This document shows, in pieces, positions 16,307-26,445 of a DNA stretch of 64,000 bases (position 1 is the first letter of the stretch; each line of letters starts with the position of its first letter). Position numbers and translations under genes: made by a program. The notes below the pieces were generated by a model. The model saw nothing but the letters and a program-made list of their open reading frames with translations, ran no database searches and was not told where the DNA came from. The stretch covers positions 201,004-265,003 of the forward strand of contig DAOTHY010000001.1 in assembly GCA_035447925.1 (NCBI GenBank), given 5' to 3'. This DNA comes from Thermotogota bacterium. Its GTDB lineage: Bacteria > Thermotogota > Thermotogae > MWEM01.

Positions 16307-18067
16307 ATGAAGAAAAGCAAGGGGTATATTGGGACATTTTTATCAAAAAAATACTATTTGTACATTTGCGGAATAGCAGTCCTTCTTGGTGTTGATTATC
16401 TTCAAATTCAAATTCCCATTTATCTGGAACAATTAATTGATGGGGTCAAGTACTTAAATGAAGGCATGGACGAGATATTGGCGATTATTCAAATCATCCT
16501 CTTGCTTGCTGTTGGTATGTTTGTTTTAAGGTTTTTTTGGCGATTTTTCATTATCGGGACTTCCAGAAATTTTGAAAAATACGTACGGGCGAGTGTTTTT
16601 AAGAAATTGGTGTCTTTGTCCTCGGCTTTTTATGATAAAACCAAAACAGGGGATATTATGGCAAGAACAACAAACGATCTCAATGCCACCAGAATGATGC
16701 TTTCGCAAGGTGTGATCATGCTCACTGATTCCATTATTCTTGGTACTTTAAGTGTCTATATGATGATCACAAGGGTGGACCTTCGATTGACTCTGATAGG
16801 AATCATCCCGTTGCCTATTCTCGCAGTTGTAGCACTTTCTTATGGCGGAACTATTCACAGGCGCTTTGAGGCTATGCAGAAATCCTTTTCGGATATTACG
16901 GATACCGTACAAGAAACATTGGATGGCATGCAGGTTGTTAAAAGTTATACCATGGAAAAGGAACGGGGTAATACCTTTTTTGGTAAATGTCAAGATTATT
17001 TTAAAAAGTCCATGAAGCTAATCAAACTCTGGGGGACTTTTAACCCCATGATCGAGTTGATGGCTTCGTTGGGAATGGCCTTGACGATTTTGTATGGTGG
17101 CCGTTTGGTTATTCTTGGAGAAATATCTCTTGGGCAATTTGTCGCTTTTTCACAATATTTAATGATGTTAGTTTGGCCAATCATAGCCATAGGCTGGGTT
17201 GTTAATGTCATTCAGAGGGGGAGAGCTTCCTATAAACGCATAATGTGGATAGAAGAACAAACATCAGAAGTTAGGGATCCGGATTATGCAAAAACTGCTG
17301 ACTTGTCAAAGGAGATTAGCATTAAAAATCTTTCTTTTCATTATCCCGGAAGCGAAAAAAGGGTACTCCATCATATCAATATAATGATTAAACCGGGACA
17401 GACTGTAGCATTTGTGGGGAAAACAGGAAGCGGGAAATCTACAATGGCCAAATTACTGGTCAAGATGTATTCTGTTAAGGATCAGCAAATTTACATCGGG
17501 AATGATGATATCAATCAGTTAAGGATGAAAGAAATAAGAGAACAAGTTGCCTACGTCCCACAGGAAACGTTTTTGTTTTCTGCAACCATCACTGAAAATA
17601 TTGGGTTTAGTGTAGACAATTATTCTCAAGAGGATGTTGAACAATACGCCCATTTGGCTGCTGTTCATTCTAATATCGAAGATTTTCCACATGGGTATAA
17701 AACCATTATAGGAGAAAGAGGGGTTACTTTATCAGGAGGTCAGAAACAAAGAGTGGCTATTGCAAGAGCGCTTATGAAAAAAACACCAGTTGTTATTCTT
17801 GATGATTGTTTGAGTGCAGTGGATACGGAAACTGAACTGAGAATCTTGAATAGTCTGAATGAGGAGATCAAAGATCGTACGACAATTATCATCTCGCATC
17901 GTTTAAAAGCCGTTTCAAGAGCCGATCAAATATTTGTTTTTGATGAGGGCAGAGTGATAGAAACAGGGACACATGAAGAGCTTCTGGAAAAGAATGGACA
18001 ATACACTCAATTGTACAATAAGCAATTAATCGAAGAAGAACTCAAAGGAGAGGATATCAATGGCTGA
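16307..18067 (+). CDS. Heterodimeric ABC exporter subunit (TMD+NBD) with degenerate catalytic Glu
   Basis: GKTGSGKST, LSGGQKQR, Walker B ILDDC (D for E), SHR; resembles YheI/TM287-type subunits. Confidence 0.92.
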   Translation: MKKSKGYIGTFLSKKYYLYICGIAVLLGVDYLQIQIPIYLEQLIDGVKYLNEGMDEILAIIQIILLLAVGMFVLRFFWRFFIIGTSRNFEKYVRASVFKKLVSLSSAFYDKTKTGDIMARTTNDLNATRMMLSQGVIMLTDSIILGTLSVYMMITRVDLRLTLIGIIPLPILAVVALSYGGTIHRRFEAMQKSFSDITDTVQETLDGMQVVKSYTMEKERGNTFFGKCQDYFKKSMKLIKLWGTFNPMIELMASLGMALTILYGGRLVILGEISLGQFVAFSQYLMMLVWPIIAIGWVVNVIQRGRASYKRIMWIEEQTSEVRDPDYAKTADLSKEISIKNLSFHYPGSEKRVLHHINIMIKPGQTVAFVGKTGSGKSTMAKLLVKMYSVKDQQIYIGNDDINQLRMKEIREQVAYVPQETFLFSATITENIGFSVDNYSQEDVEQYAHLAAVHSNIEDFPHGYKTIIGERGVTLSGGQKQRVAIARALMKKTPVVILDDCLSAVDTETELRILNSLNEEIKDRTTIIISHRLKAVSRADQIFVFDEGRVIETGTHEELLEKNGQYTQLYNKQLIEEELKGEDING

Positions 18068-20048
18068 AAATAAAGATTTCAGATTAGAAAGTGAAACAGC
18101 CGGAAGTAAATTTGACTTTGAGATATTCAAACGATTATGGGAATATGTGAAACCCTATAAACTGCTTTTTGTTTTAAGTCTTGTCTTTTTAGGTTTGGGT
18201 ACTGTTCTTCAGTTGTCTATTCCCTATTTTACGAAAATTGCCATTGATAATTACATGTCACAGGATTATGCATACAGTGTATCCGACGTTGAATTAGATC
18301 AGGGAATTCAGATAGATTCACAAGGCAAACAGATTTGGATTCAAAAAAACGATCAAGGTCGTTTTCAATTGATGTTTTTAAAAGAGGGAAATGAGACTGG
18401 TTTTAACTTAACCGATGGAGAAACGGCTTATTATTTGAGTTCTGAGGATATGAGTATATTAAGGGACAAAGACATTCATTCCTTAAATATCTTGGTTATT
18501 TTGCTTATTGCCGTTTTGATTGGAAATTTCTTTTGTACATTTGGGCAAGTCATAACGTCAAATCTAATGGGACAAAAAGTCATTTTAGATATTAGAGACC
18601 AACTATTTAGACACCTGTTAAGACTACCTATGAAATTTTACGATAAAAATCCCACCGGTCGAATAGTTACCAGAGTGACGAATGATACTGAAAACTTAAA
18701 CGAATTTTTTACAACAGCCATAACGAGTTTGATCAAAGATGTTTTATTATTGGCTGGAATTATTGTGTTTATGATTATTATCAGTCCCCAGTTAACGGGT
18801 TATGCCATGATAGTCGTTCCTTTTATTGTGCTTGCAACCATTTTGTTTAGGCTTTTTGCACGAAAAGCATTCAGAAAGGTTCGAACCAGATTGGCCAGGA
18901 TTAACGCTTTTATGGCAGAGCATATCTCCGGGATGTCAGTGATTCAGCTGTTTAACCGAGAGAAGTCGAAACAAAAGGAGTTTGCAGACATCAATCAAAG
19001 TTATTACAAATCAACCTTACAACAATTAATGGTCTTTGCCATTTTCAGACCTACCATGGATTTGTTGTTTTATTTAGGGATGACGACCGTTATATGGTTT
19101 GCGGCAAAGGATTTGATATCCGGTACATTGACTTTTGGAATCCTTTACGCCTTTATCAATTATATCGATATGCTTTTTCAACCGCTTCGTGATATTTCTG
19201 AAAAGTTTAACATTGTTCAAAATGCCTTTGCCTCTTCAGAAAAAATATTTAATTTAATGGATGAAAAAGAAGGTATCGGTGTTGATTCAAAAACAATCAA
19301 GAAAGAAATTAGTAAAGGCGAAGTCGTCTTTAAAGATGTGAAACTTTCTTATGATGGAGAAAAACAAGTACTAAGGGGTATTTCTTTTGACATTAAGCCT
19401 GAAGAAGAAATTGCAATTGTAGGAGAAACAGGTGCAGGGAAAACCTCAATGATGAATATTTTAACCGCACTATATCCCATTCAGGATGGGGAGATAAGGA
19501 TTGATGATTTATCCATCTATGATTATCAAACAAAGCTTCTACGCCAGGGGATAGCTGTTGTACTTCAAGATGTATTCTTATTTTCAGGCACCGTTTTGGA
19601 TAATATCAAATTGTTCAATGAGGATATCACAGATGAACAGGCAATTGAAGCCGCCAAATACGTTCATGTAGATCATTTGATCAATAAGTTTGAAAATGGG
19701 TTTCACACTAATATTACTGAAAGGGCGGCAACATTGTCTGCTGGTGAAAGACAACTGATTGCTTTAGCAAGAGCAGTGGTTTCAGACCCTAAGATTCTGG
19801 TTTTAGATGAAGCAACCAGTAACATCGATCCGGTAACGGAAGCACTCATCCAAGATGCTATGAAAAAAGTGTCCTGCAACAGGACGGTGATCACCATTGC
19901 ACATCGACTATCCACAATTAGAAGTGCCGATCGAATTCTTGTATTACATAAAGGTCAATTGGTTGAGCAGGGTTCTCATGAGGAGTTGATGAAACTCAAT
20001 GGTGTGTACAAACAGTTATATCGCTTGCAATACGATTTGACAGCCTAA
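18060..20048 (+). CDS. Heterodimeric ABC exporter subunit (TMD+NBD)
   Basis: GETGAGKT, degenerate signature LSAGERQ, LDEATS, AHR; overlaps the partner gene. Confidence 0.92.
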   Translation: MAENKDFRLESETAGSKFDFEIFKRLWEYVKPYKLLFVLSLVFLGLGTVLQLSIPYFTKIAIDNYMSQDYAYSVSDVELDQGIQIDSQGKQIWIQKNDQGRFQLMFLKEGNETGFNLTDGETAYYLSSEDMSILRDKDIHSLNILVILLIAVLIGNFFCTFGQVITSNLMGQKVILDIRDQLFRHLLRLPMKFYDKNPTGRIVTRVTNDTENLNEFFTTAITSLIKDVLLLAGIIVFMIIISPQLTGYAMIVVPFIVLATILFRLFARKAFRKVRTRLARINAFMAEHISGMSVIQLFNREKSKQKEFADINQSYYKSTLQQLMVFAIFRPTMDLLFYLGMTTVIWFAAKDLISGTLTFGILYAFINYIDMLFQPLRDISEKFNIVQNAFASSEKIFNLMDEKEGIGVDSKTIKKEISKGEVVFKDVKLSYDGEKQVLRGISFDIKPEEEIAIVGETGAGKTSMMNILTALYPIQDGEIRIDDLSIYDYQTKLLRQGIAVVLQDVFLFSGTVLDNIKLFNEDITDEQAIEAAKYVHVDHLINKFENGFHTNITERAATLSAGERQLIALARAVVSDPKILVLDEATSNIDPVTEALIQDAMKKVSCNRTVITIAHRLSTIRSADRILVLHKGQLVEQGSHEELMKLNGVYKQLYRLQYDLTA

Positions 20049-20099
20049 TAGAAAAGGGTTAACAAGGGTTCGGCTTGAACAAATAGCATCAGTTTTTGT

Positions 20100-20783
20100 T
20101 TATTTCGGACTCTTTTTTTTTCGATAAACCAACAGGTTTCCTTTTTTTGAAATAGATTCAATGAGGTCCATCCTACTAAGACAGTAACAAATCTTTTGAG
20201 CTCGATTCATGGTGATGTTCATCGCAGCGGATAGTTCTTTAGTGGTGAAATCATTAAGAATAATATGTTGGGGAAGATATTTCAGTAATTGAATACCATC
20301 TACCAGTAAATGTTCTTCATGGACTTTTTTTAATTTTGCATTGATAATACTAACGCCATGGCGTCTCCAGCTTCCGTTCCCGTCATCTTTTCTGATTTCT
20401 TGTATACTAACCATCAACAACAACAGTTCCAGATTTAAGTGTCTGAAAAGTTCGGGAATATAAATCAATTCTTCGAAAATGTCCGTTATATCTCCTTGTT
20501 TTGGAGACATTCGCTTTCGTAAAACACAATCATCTGAAGTCAAAACAACAATCTCTTTTGTCTTTATGATAGGGTGTACGATCCTTATTCGATTGATATC
20601 CAATAATTGATTGAGTTTCTTTTTCAACGCACCGAGGGACTTGGTTTGAATTTCAATGAGCAGATCATCTCGCTTGATATCAATAATAAATCCTTTGTAG
20701 GGTACTTCAATTTGATCCCCCGGTTTGAACAGATATTGTTTGATTTCATGATGCAGATCCTTTTCATTGAAGGTGTTAATCAT
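20100..20783 (-). CDS. Hypothetical protein with PD-(D/E)XK-like nuclease motifs and C-terminal winged helix
   Basis: EKDLH, E-V, IIDIKR, LIEIQTK pattern; FTTKELSAAM...AQKICYCL. Confidence 0.6.
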   Translation of the reverse strand: MINTFNEKDLHHEIKQYLFKPGDQIEVPYKGFIIDIKRDDLLIEIQTKSLGALKKKLNQLLDINRIRIVHPIIKTKEIVVLTSDDCVLRKRMSPKQGDITDIFEELIYIPELFRHLNLELLLLMVSIQEIRKDDGNGSWRRHGVSIINAKLKKVHEEHLLVDGIQLLKYLPQHIILNDFTTKELSAAMNITMNRAQKICYCLSRMDLIESISKKGNLLVYRKKKSPK

Positions 20784-20797
20784 TTGAAAAATACCTT

Positions 20798-22054
20798 TTA
20801 TTGTTGTTTGATGAAGACGATTGCCTGTAACGGGCTTGGATAATATTGTCTGGTTTGTGTGAGTTCCTGAACAGTTTGATAATAAAGAATCAGATGATCG
20901 AGATGATTGGTATCAATCAAACTAAAATCCATCTGATAAAGGGATTGAAACTTTTGCAAAATGGCCTGGCTTTTCTCACTGTGCTTATCAGAAAAGACCA
21001 TTATGGTGTTGTTTGTAAAAGTTTCTGAAATCAGAGTGTTGAGTGGTTCGTTGATTAAAAAGTAATTGAGCCCTGTACCACTGAGAATGTTATAATTGAC
21101 GATTGAAAAAACTCTTGCTGTTTGAGATGTACAATTGATCACATTGATAGTCCCTTCTTTTTCAGCTATTTGAGTTTTACTAAAGGATTTGAAGTCGTCA
21201 ATTAAAGTGGTCATCCGAGTATCATCTGAATGTATCGATCCGTCAGATGATATCTTATAAGGGTAATTAAAGAAAATGACATCATTCAAATCGCTGATAC
21301 TCAATAATGTATAAATAATATCCTGCGTGGTAAAATCAGTTTCCATCTGACCTATAATACTTTTAAATTCATTTTCGATGAATTCAAAAGATAATTTGTT
21401 CTTAAATTGTATAAAAATACTTTTTATAGCGTTCTTTTGGCGTTCAATTCGCCCTAAATCGCCTTTGCTGTCATCTCTGAAACGAACATAATTCAAAAGA
21501 TCTTCACCATACATTTCATAAACACCAGGTTCAAAATGGATGCTTAACGATTGCTGATGATCTTCATAGTGCATGGATTCATCTACTTTGATTTCAATTG
21601 GACCAACCAGATCACCTAAATATTTAAAAAGAGAATAATCGATAACCGCATATTTTTCTATTTGAACGGTCATAAGGTTTTCGATAACATTTTTAAGTGC
21701 TTCCAGACCTCCACTTTTGTAAACCGAATTGATTTTTATGGTATCCTTGGTGTTTTTCGGATCATTGATCATCAAATCACGTGGAATCGATACCAATTCA
21801 AATGCAGAGGTATTCAGGTCTAATCCAACCAACATGATGGCATCTGTTCTATCCGATCCGGCTTCTCCGGCATCGTCCACACCTAAAACAAGAAAAAAAA
21901 CCTTCTCTGAGAGTGCTGTTTCACCTTTATAAAAGGAAGGCTTAGCAATCTGTTCAGGGAAAAATTGAATGAAAGGTCGTGGAAATAGGAACACAAAAAA
22001 AAGTATGGCGATCATGCCTAAACAGCAAGATAAAAATTGAACTGTTTTTCTCAT
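20798..22054 (-). CDS. LCP (LytR-CpsA-Psr) family glycopolymer transferase
   Basis: LVLGVD, RTDAIM, SIPRD, KINS, YVRFR, DLGRIERQ; N-terminal TM. Confidence 0.9.
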   Translation of the reverse strand: MRKTVQFLSCCLGMIAILFFVFLFPRPFIQFFPEQIAKPSFYKGETALSEKVFFLVLGVDDAGEAGSDRTDAIMLVGLDLNTSAFELVSIPRDLMINDPKNTKDTIKINSVYKSGGLEALKNVIENLMTVQIEKYAVIDYSLFKYLGDLVGPIEIKVDESMHYEDHQQSLSIHFEPGVYEMYGEDLLNYVRFRDDSKGDLGRIERQKNAIKSIFIQFKNKLSFEFIENEFKSIIGQMETDFTTQDIIYTLLSISDLNDVIFFNYPYKISSDGSIHSDDTRMTTLIDDFKSFSKTQIAEKEGTINVINCTSQTARVFSIVNYNILSGTGLNYFLINEPLNTLISETFTNNTIMVFSDKHSEKSQAILQKFQSLYQMDFSLIDTNHLDHLILYYQTVQELTQTRQYYPSPLQAIVFIKQQ

Positions 22055-22821
22055 CTTTTCATAAACTCCATGATTGTATCAAGACTTTTATCATCAATAT
22101 AGAGTCTTTCGTATTCAATGGGTTTCTCATTGCTTTCGGGTCCATTTTGCTGTATGGTAATTTTAACCGGTGCCTTGGTCATAAATGTCATGGGGACTTC
22201 TTTATTGGCATATTGATTAATATGTTTAATAATTCGATATGAACCATGTTGGGTATAATTATGTTCTGATTGTGCCTGTATGAGTGATTTTGATTGATTG
22301 AAAAAAAGAAATTCATACCAATCTAATGTGATATGCTCTATGATTTCTACAAATTGTCCAATGGTTAACTGTTCATAGTTAATGGTATTTTCATTGGTTG
22401 ATAGATTCACAATATGATTAAAAGCCTCTTGATCGATGGATGAATAAAAACTGGAATCAACCGCACCAAACAATTTTTCCACCGAACGTGAGATTTCTCT
22501 GGGATTAGGTTGATCCATCGAAATAGCCATAATGGGTTCATAACTAATTTTTGGTATAGAAATCAGATAATTTATCTTTTCTTTTTTGTCTGTCCTTATT
22601 AGGAATATCTTTTCAATCCCTTTCATATAAAAAACATAATCAATCCTGTCATCTGTCACGACTTTGGAATGAATTAAGTTGTTGTACAAAAAAAAGACAA
22701 CACTCAAAATGGCAATAACAATGATAATTGCTATGGCAACAATAAATGGGAGTTTAGATTTCTTTTTTTTCTTCTTTGTTCTTTTTGTATAAGAATGACT
22801 TCTTTGTACGGGGTATACCAT
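22051..22821 (-). CDS. Membrane-anchored hypothetical protein, degenerate LCP-like fold
   Basis: Basic N-terminus plus TM; FLIRTD..K..LISIPK...VEKLFG...IDQEAF pattern. Confidence 0.6.
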   Translation of the reverse strand: MVYPVQRSHSYTKRTKKKKKKSKLPFIVAIAIIIVIAILSVVFFLYNNLIHSKVVTDDRIDYVFYMKGIEKIFLIRTDKKEKINYLISIPKISYEPIMAISMDQPNPREISRSVEKLFGAVDSSFYSSIDQEAFNHIVNLSTNENTINYEQLTIGQFVEIIEHITLDWYEFLFFNQSKSLIQAQSEHNYTQHGSYRIIKHINQYANKEVPMTFMTKAPVKITIQQNGPESNEKPIEYERLYIDDKSLDTIMEFMKR

Positions 22822-22830
22822 TTTAACCTC

Positions 22831-23391
22831 CTATGGAATGCTGGTGTTAAAAGTAGGACTTGTAATGGTTGCTGGATCTTCAGTCAATAATTCTTTTACC
22901 TTTTCGATGCATCCGAGGCTATAAGATACAAGTTCCCAATTGTTTTTGGCATTACGAATATCATAATCTAAAACGGTTAACATGGGATCTATATCATGAA
23001 CGTCAGAGAATTCCTGCGTAATCAGGCAAACCAACCCTTCTTCAAACCAAGCTGGGATCGGATATTGATGTTTAATTGTAAAATGAATTAATTCATGAAT
23101 GATAGCTGGCTGAAATCTGCTACCAAGAAGATAACGGCTTTGAATATGAATACCTTGTTTGTTTGAGAAAGCAGATACAAAAAAGGGAGCACCAGTCACT
23201 TTTGTAAATTCGTTTAATTGATCATACTCATAAACCTTGGCATCAACACTTTCAATTTGAAATCCTACTAATTCAGACAATCTGTTGAAGTGCTCCTCCG
23301 AATAATCCAAAAGATTCAACTCATAAACGGATAATGCATATTGAAGTGTTGAAAGAAGTAAACCAAAGAGAACCAAAATATATTTATTCAT
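22831..23391 (-). CDS. Secreted zinc metallopeptidase-like protein (peptidase MA/gluzincin-like)
   Basis: Signal peptide; IIHELIH (HEXXH) followed by PAWFEEGL. Confidence 0.7.
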   Translation of the reverse strand: MNKYILVLFGLLLSTLQYALSVYELNLLDYSEEHFNRLSELVGFQIESVDAKVYEYDQLNEFTKVTGAPFFVSAFSNKQGIHIQSRYLLGSRFQPAIIHELIHFTIKHQYPIPAWFEEGLVCLITQEFSDVHDIDPMLTVLDYDIRNAKNNWELVSYSLGCIEKVKELLTEDPATITSPTFNTSIP

Positions 23392-25771
23392 GTCGGGTAG
23401 ATTTCACCCCCCTTTCTGATATACTCTTTGCAATGTGAAAGTACAACTCAATTTCTCTTTGAGAAAAGACTCTGTAATCAGGATATTCAAAGTAAAGACC
23501 CGATTTTCTACCCTTGATATAAAAGGGGATGGTCCCAAATGAACGAGCTAACCCGGAAAGAGATTGTTCAGGACTGATATGGTCAAATTCAGAGACATCT
23601 TTTTTAAGTGTGTTGAAATGAGAATCGTCTGAATCCTCAGATGCAATTGAATCAGGCATAGGCAATTTCCTCGTATTTATTCGTCCATTTTCTGTAGTTT
23701 TGAAAACAATATCATTTTTTTGAACATCATAAAAGGATATGAAAACAGGCTTATTTAACAGTATTCGCATCTCTTTTAGTAGTGATATAATCCATTCTTC
23801 AGATAAAAAATCAAACAATTGTATTTGCTCAAACATCTTTAACAGGATGAATGTTTTGTCAATAATATTATCATTCCTTGATAAAAACTTATGTTGCCGA
23901 ATGTAGAATTTACTTATTTCGAATAGATCCTTAAGGAATTCCTGTTCTTTCAAAACACTTAACATGTTATCTCTTTTCTTAACACATAAGATAAAGTCAG
24001 AATCTTCAACGCAAATGCCATTAAATGATGAGGTGTTCGTTTGCATAATCAATTCATTTGGCAATTGACCTTTTTTGATTTCAATCTTTTCACCTTTTAA
24101 TGTACTGTCAGAAGTTGCAAAAATTCGTTTTTCAGAAAGGTACTTTTGAATCAGAAAGAGTTCTTCAAACATCTGAAAACGGTTTATGAAACTTTTATAG
24201 AAATAACTGAGTGCAATATCGCTTTTTTGCTGAAAGTTATTGCTATTTAAGAAATCAAGTAAATAAGCATAATGACTATAGATTTCTTCGGTAATCCATT
24301 CCTTTTTCGAAATATCCTTACTCATAAACGTCATTGAATTTTTAATAGTATCGAGTTTTTTTCTGTATTCTAAGGTTTCTGATTTTGCTTCATGAAAAAA
24401 CTGCATGGCATGTTTCTCCCAATTATTCATATAGTAACCGTAAAAAGCCCATATTAATACCAAGATTAACACTGAAAAAAAGAGGAAATAGATGGTAAAA
24501 AGGCTCAGTTCAGGCGCTGAAGTTTGAAAGATCATGATAATTTCCATATTTTTATCAAACAGCTTTCTTTGAGATTCAAAAGCATATTGATATTTGTTTG
24601 AAAAAACCAATTCTTCACGCTTTGTTTGTATGTTTGGCGGAGAGATGACAGGAATTTGATCGTCAAAAACATAAAATTGATGTTCTGATTTTAACGGAAG
24701 ATCGTTGTAAATCTTTTTACCATCAACCGTTAGTTTAATAGCCCATCCCTTTTGACTGTCTGAAGAAAATTCGATCATGCCATTTTGAGTAGACATATTG
24801 ACCCCCTCAAATGGTGAAGTTTTATAGGCTATGATTTGACCGGCGTGAATCTCAGGGTTTGAAAACTTATAAGACTCAATTTTCCATTGTGCTGAAGCGA
24901 TCGATGGGGAATTTAACAGGTCGTTGATGATTCGTGTATATTTGTTGGAATAATCGTTGAGTTTCTCCAAAGATAACATGAAAATCTCCTGCGAAACACT
25001 AATCTCATTTTCTTGTAATTTCTTATGATTGATATTGACCTGCCAAAAAGCAGTATAAAAAACCATCACTGGAAAGATGGTAAGTAACATAAACAATAAG
25101 TTATTTAATTTTTTTGTCCCCTTAATGATTTCGCATGGGGCTTCTTTCTTAATTTGTGAACCAAATAGGCTGATAAGGGAAAATAACGCAATAAAGCCGA
25201 CCCTGAATAATTCTGAAATGACAAGGGTATAATCAGCCGGTATGATCATGAACAGATTTGTTCGAATAGCAAAATCTAAGGAGAAAAAAGCAACTGATGC
25301 TAAAACTCCCCAAAATATTGAATTGACAGATATTCCAAGAAGTATCGATACAAAAATGCTCATTGGGAAAATCCCAATCAAATAAGCGGTGTTGAAAATG
25401 ATTTCAGTGAATTCCACGACGGGATTGTAAAAGAGTATCAGAGAGATGGGAATGAGTAAACAGATGATGGTCCATAAAAAATACCTGCCAATGTTTATCG
25501 TTTGGTTGTAGCTGATAATCGAGTTTCTCAAAAATATCAGAAACCAAGCGTTGTTGATAAAGAAGATACTATAGGCCATTACTTTGAAATTATCCGAAAT
25601 CGTGCTTGAAAGAAAATAAAAACCGCCGTAAAAAAGGGGGAACAATAAAGCGGCAAAACCTATCGAAACAATGATCTTTTTGCTATTTTCAAACGTGAGT
25701 ATCTTGTTGTAAATAATCAAATTTGAGATAAATAGTGAACCGAATAATACCAGGCTTTGCCATATTTCCAT
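23384..25771 (-). CDS. Large polytopic membrane hypothetical protein, possibly GAF-like C-terminus
   Basis: 795 aa; multiple N-terminal TMs, extracytoplasmic region, further TM, coiled coil, C-terminal IPF..G..SGL....R.FS..EIEL pattern. Confidence 0.65.
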   Translation of the reverse strand: MEIWQSLVLFGSLFISNLIIYNKILTFENSKKIIVSIGFAALLFPLFYGGFYFLSSTISDNFKVMAYSIFFINNAWFLIFLRNSIISYNQTINIGRYFLWTIICLLIPISLILFYNPVVEFTEIIFNTAYLIGIFPMSIFVSILLGISVNSIFWGVLASVAFFSLDFAIRTNLFMIIPADYTLVISELFRVGFIALFSLISLFGSQIKKEAPCEIIKGTKKLNNLLFMLLTIFPVMVFYTAFWQVNINHKKLQENEISVSQEIFMLSLEKLNDYSNKYTRIINDLLNSPSIASAQWKIESYKFSNPEIHAGQIIAYKTSPFEGVNMSTQNGMIEFSSDSQKGWAIKLTVDGKKIYNDLPLKSEHQFYVFDDQIPVISPPNIQTKREELVFSNKYQYAFESQRKLFDKNMEIIMIFQTSAPELSLFTIYFLFFSVLILVLIWAFYGYYMNNWEKHAMQFFHEAKSETLEYRKKLDTIKNSMTFMSKDISKKEWITEEIYSHYAYLLDFLNSNNFQQKSDIALSYFYKSFINRFQMFEELFLIQKYLSEKRIFATSDSTLKGEKIEIKKGQLPNELIMQTNTSSFNGICVEDSDFILCVKKRDNMLSVLKEQEFLKDLFEISKFYIRQHKFLSRNDNIIDKTFILLKMFEQIQLFDFLSEEWIISLLKEMRILLNKPVFISFYDVQKNDIVFKTTENGRINTRKLPMPDSIASEDSDDSHFNTLKKDVSEFDHISPEQSLSGLARSFGTIPFYIKGRKSGLYFEYPDYRVFSQREIELYFHIAKSISERGVKSTRHE

Positions 25772-25785
25772 GATTACACCTTATT

Positions 25786-26445
25786 TTATTTTAAATTTTT
25801 AACTGGGCGATATTGTCGCATATCCGATATACGATAATCAACTACCAATCCGTTTACCTGAAATGTATTGAGGACACTAGTAAAACGTTTTATTTTCTCG
25901 GATTCAACGTACACTTCCAATTGAATGTGCTCTCCAAATTCGATTTCATCTTTATTTATGCGAATCCCCATTCTTTCGGTTTCATATTGTATTCTTGGCC
26001 ATTCACTGTAGCCACAGTTTATTTGTAATTGAACGAATAGGCGATATTCACATAAACCGGATTTTTCAATGACGGTCAATGCGGCTTCTGAATAGGCATC
26101 AATCAGACCACGAATGCCAAGTTTATGTCCCCCGTAATACCTGGAAACAACAACGGCAATATTGCTGATGATGTTTTTTTCAATAGCACCAATAAGAGGT
26201 TTCCCGCCAGTTCCTGGAGGTTCGCCGTCATCTGACGAAAAGAGTTCATGCTGATTCGACCATTCATTCTGACTAATTTTGTAAGCCCAACAATTGTGGT
26301 TCGCTTTTGAGTGTAAAGAAGACCGTTCGGCAATAAATGATCTTGCTTCCTGGGGACTTAGAACCATTTTTGCCGAACTGATAAATCTTGATCTTCTAAT
26401 GACTATTTCGCTTTCAATTTTGTTCTCGATGGAATTGAATCTTAT
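25786..26445 (-). CDS. YigZ/IMPACT family protein; probable ATA start at 26445
   Basis: IRRSRFI, ANHNCWAY, SDDGEPPGTGG, VVVSRYYGGHKLGIRGLIDAY. Confidence 0.88.
   Translation of the reverse strand: MRFNSIENKIESEIVIRRSRFISSAKMVLSPQEARSFIAERSSLHSKANHNCWAYKISQNEWSNQHELFSSDDGEPPGTGGKPLIGAIEKNIISNIAVVVSRYYGGHKLGIRGLIDAYSEAALTVIEKSGLCEYRLFVQLQINCGYSEWPRIQYETERMGIRINKDEIEFGEHIQLEVYVESEKIKRFTSVLNTFQVNGLVVDYRISDMRQYRPVKNLK

Noticed and set aside
16307-20048. Non-canonical Walker B (DD) and signature (LSAGE) as signs of pseudogenisation
   Set aside because: This is the normal degenerate site of heterodimeric ABC exporters
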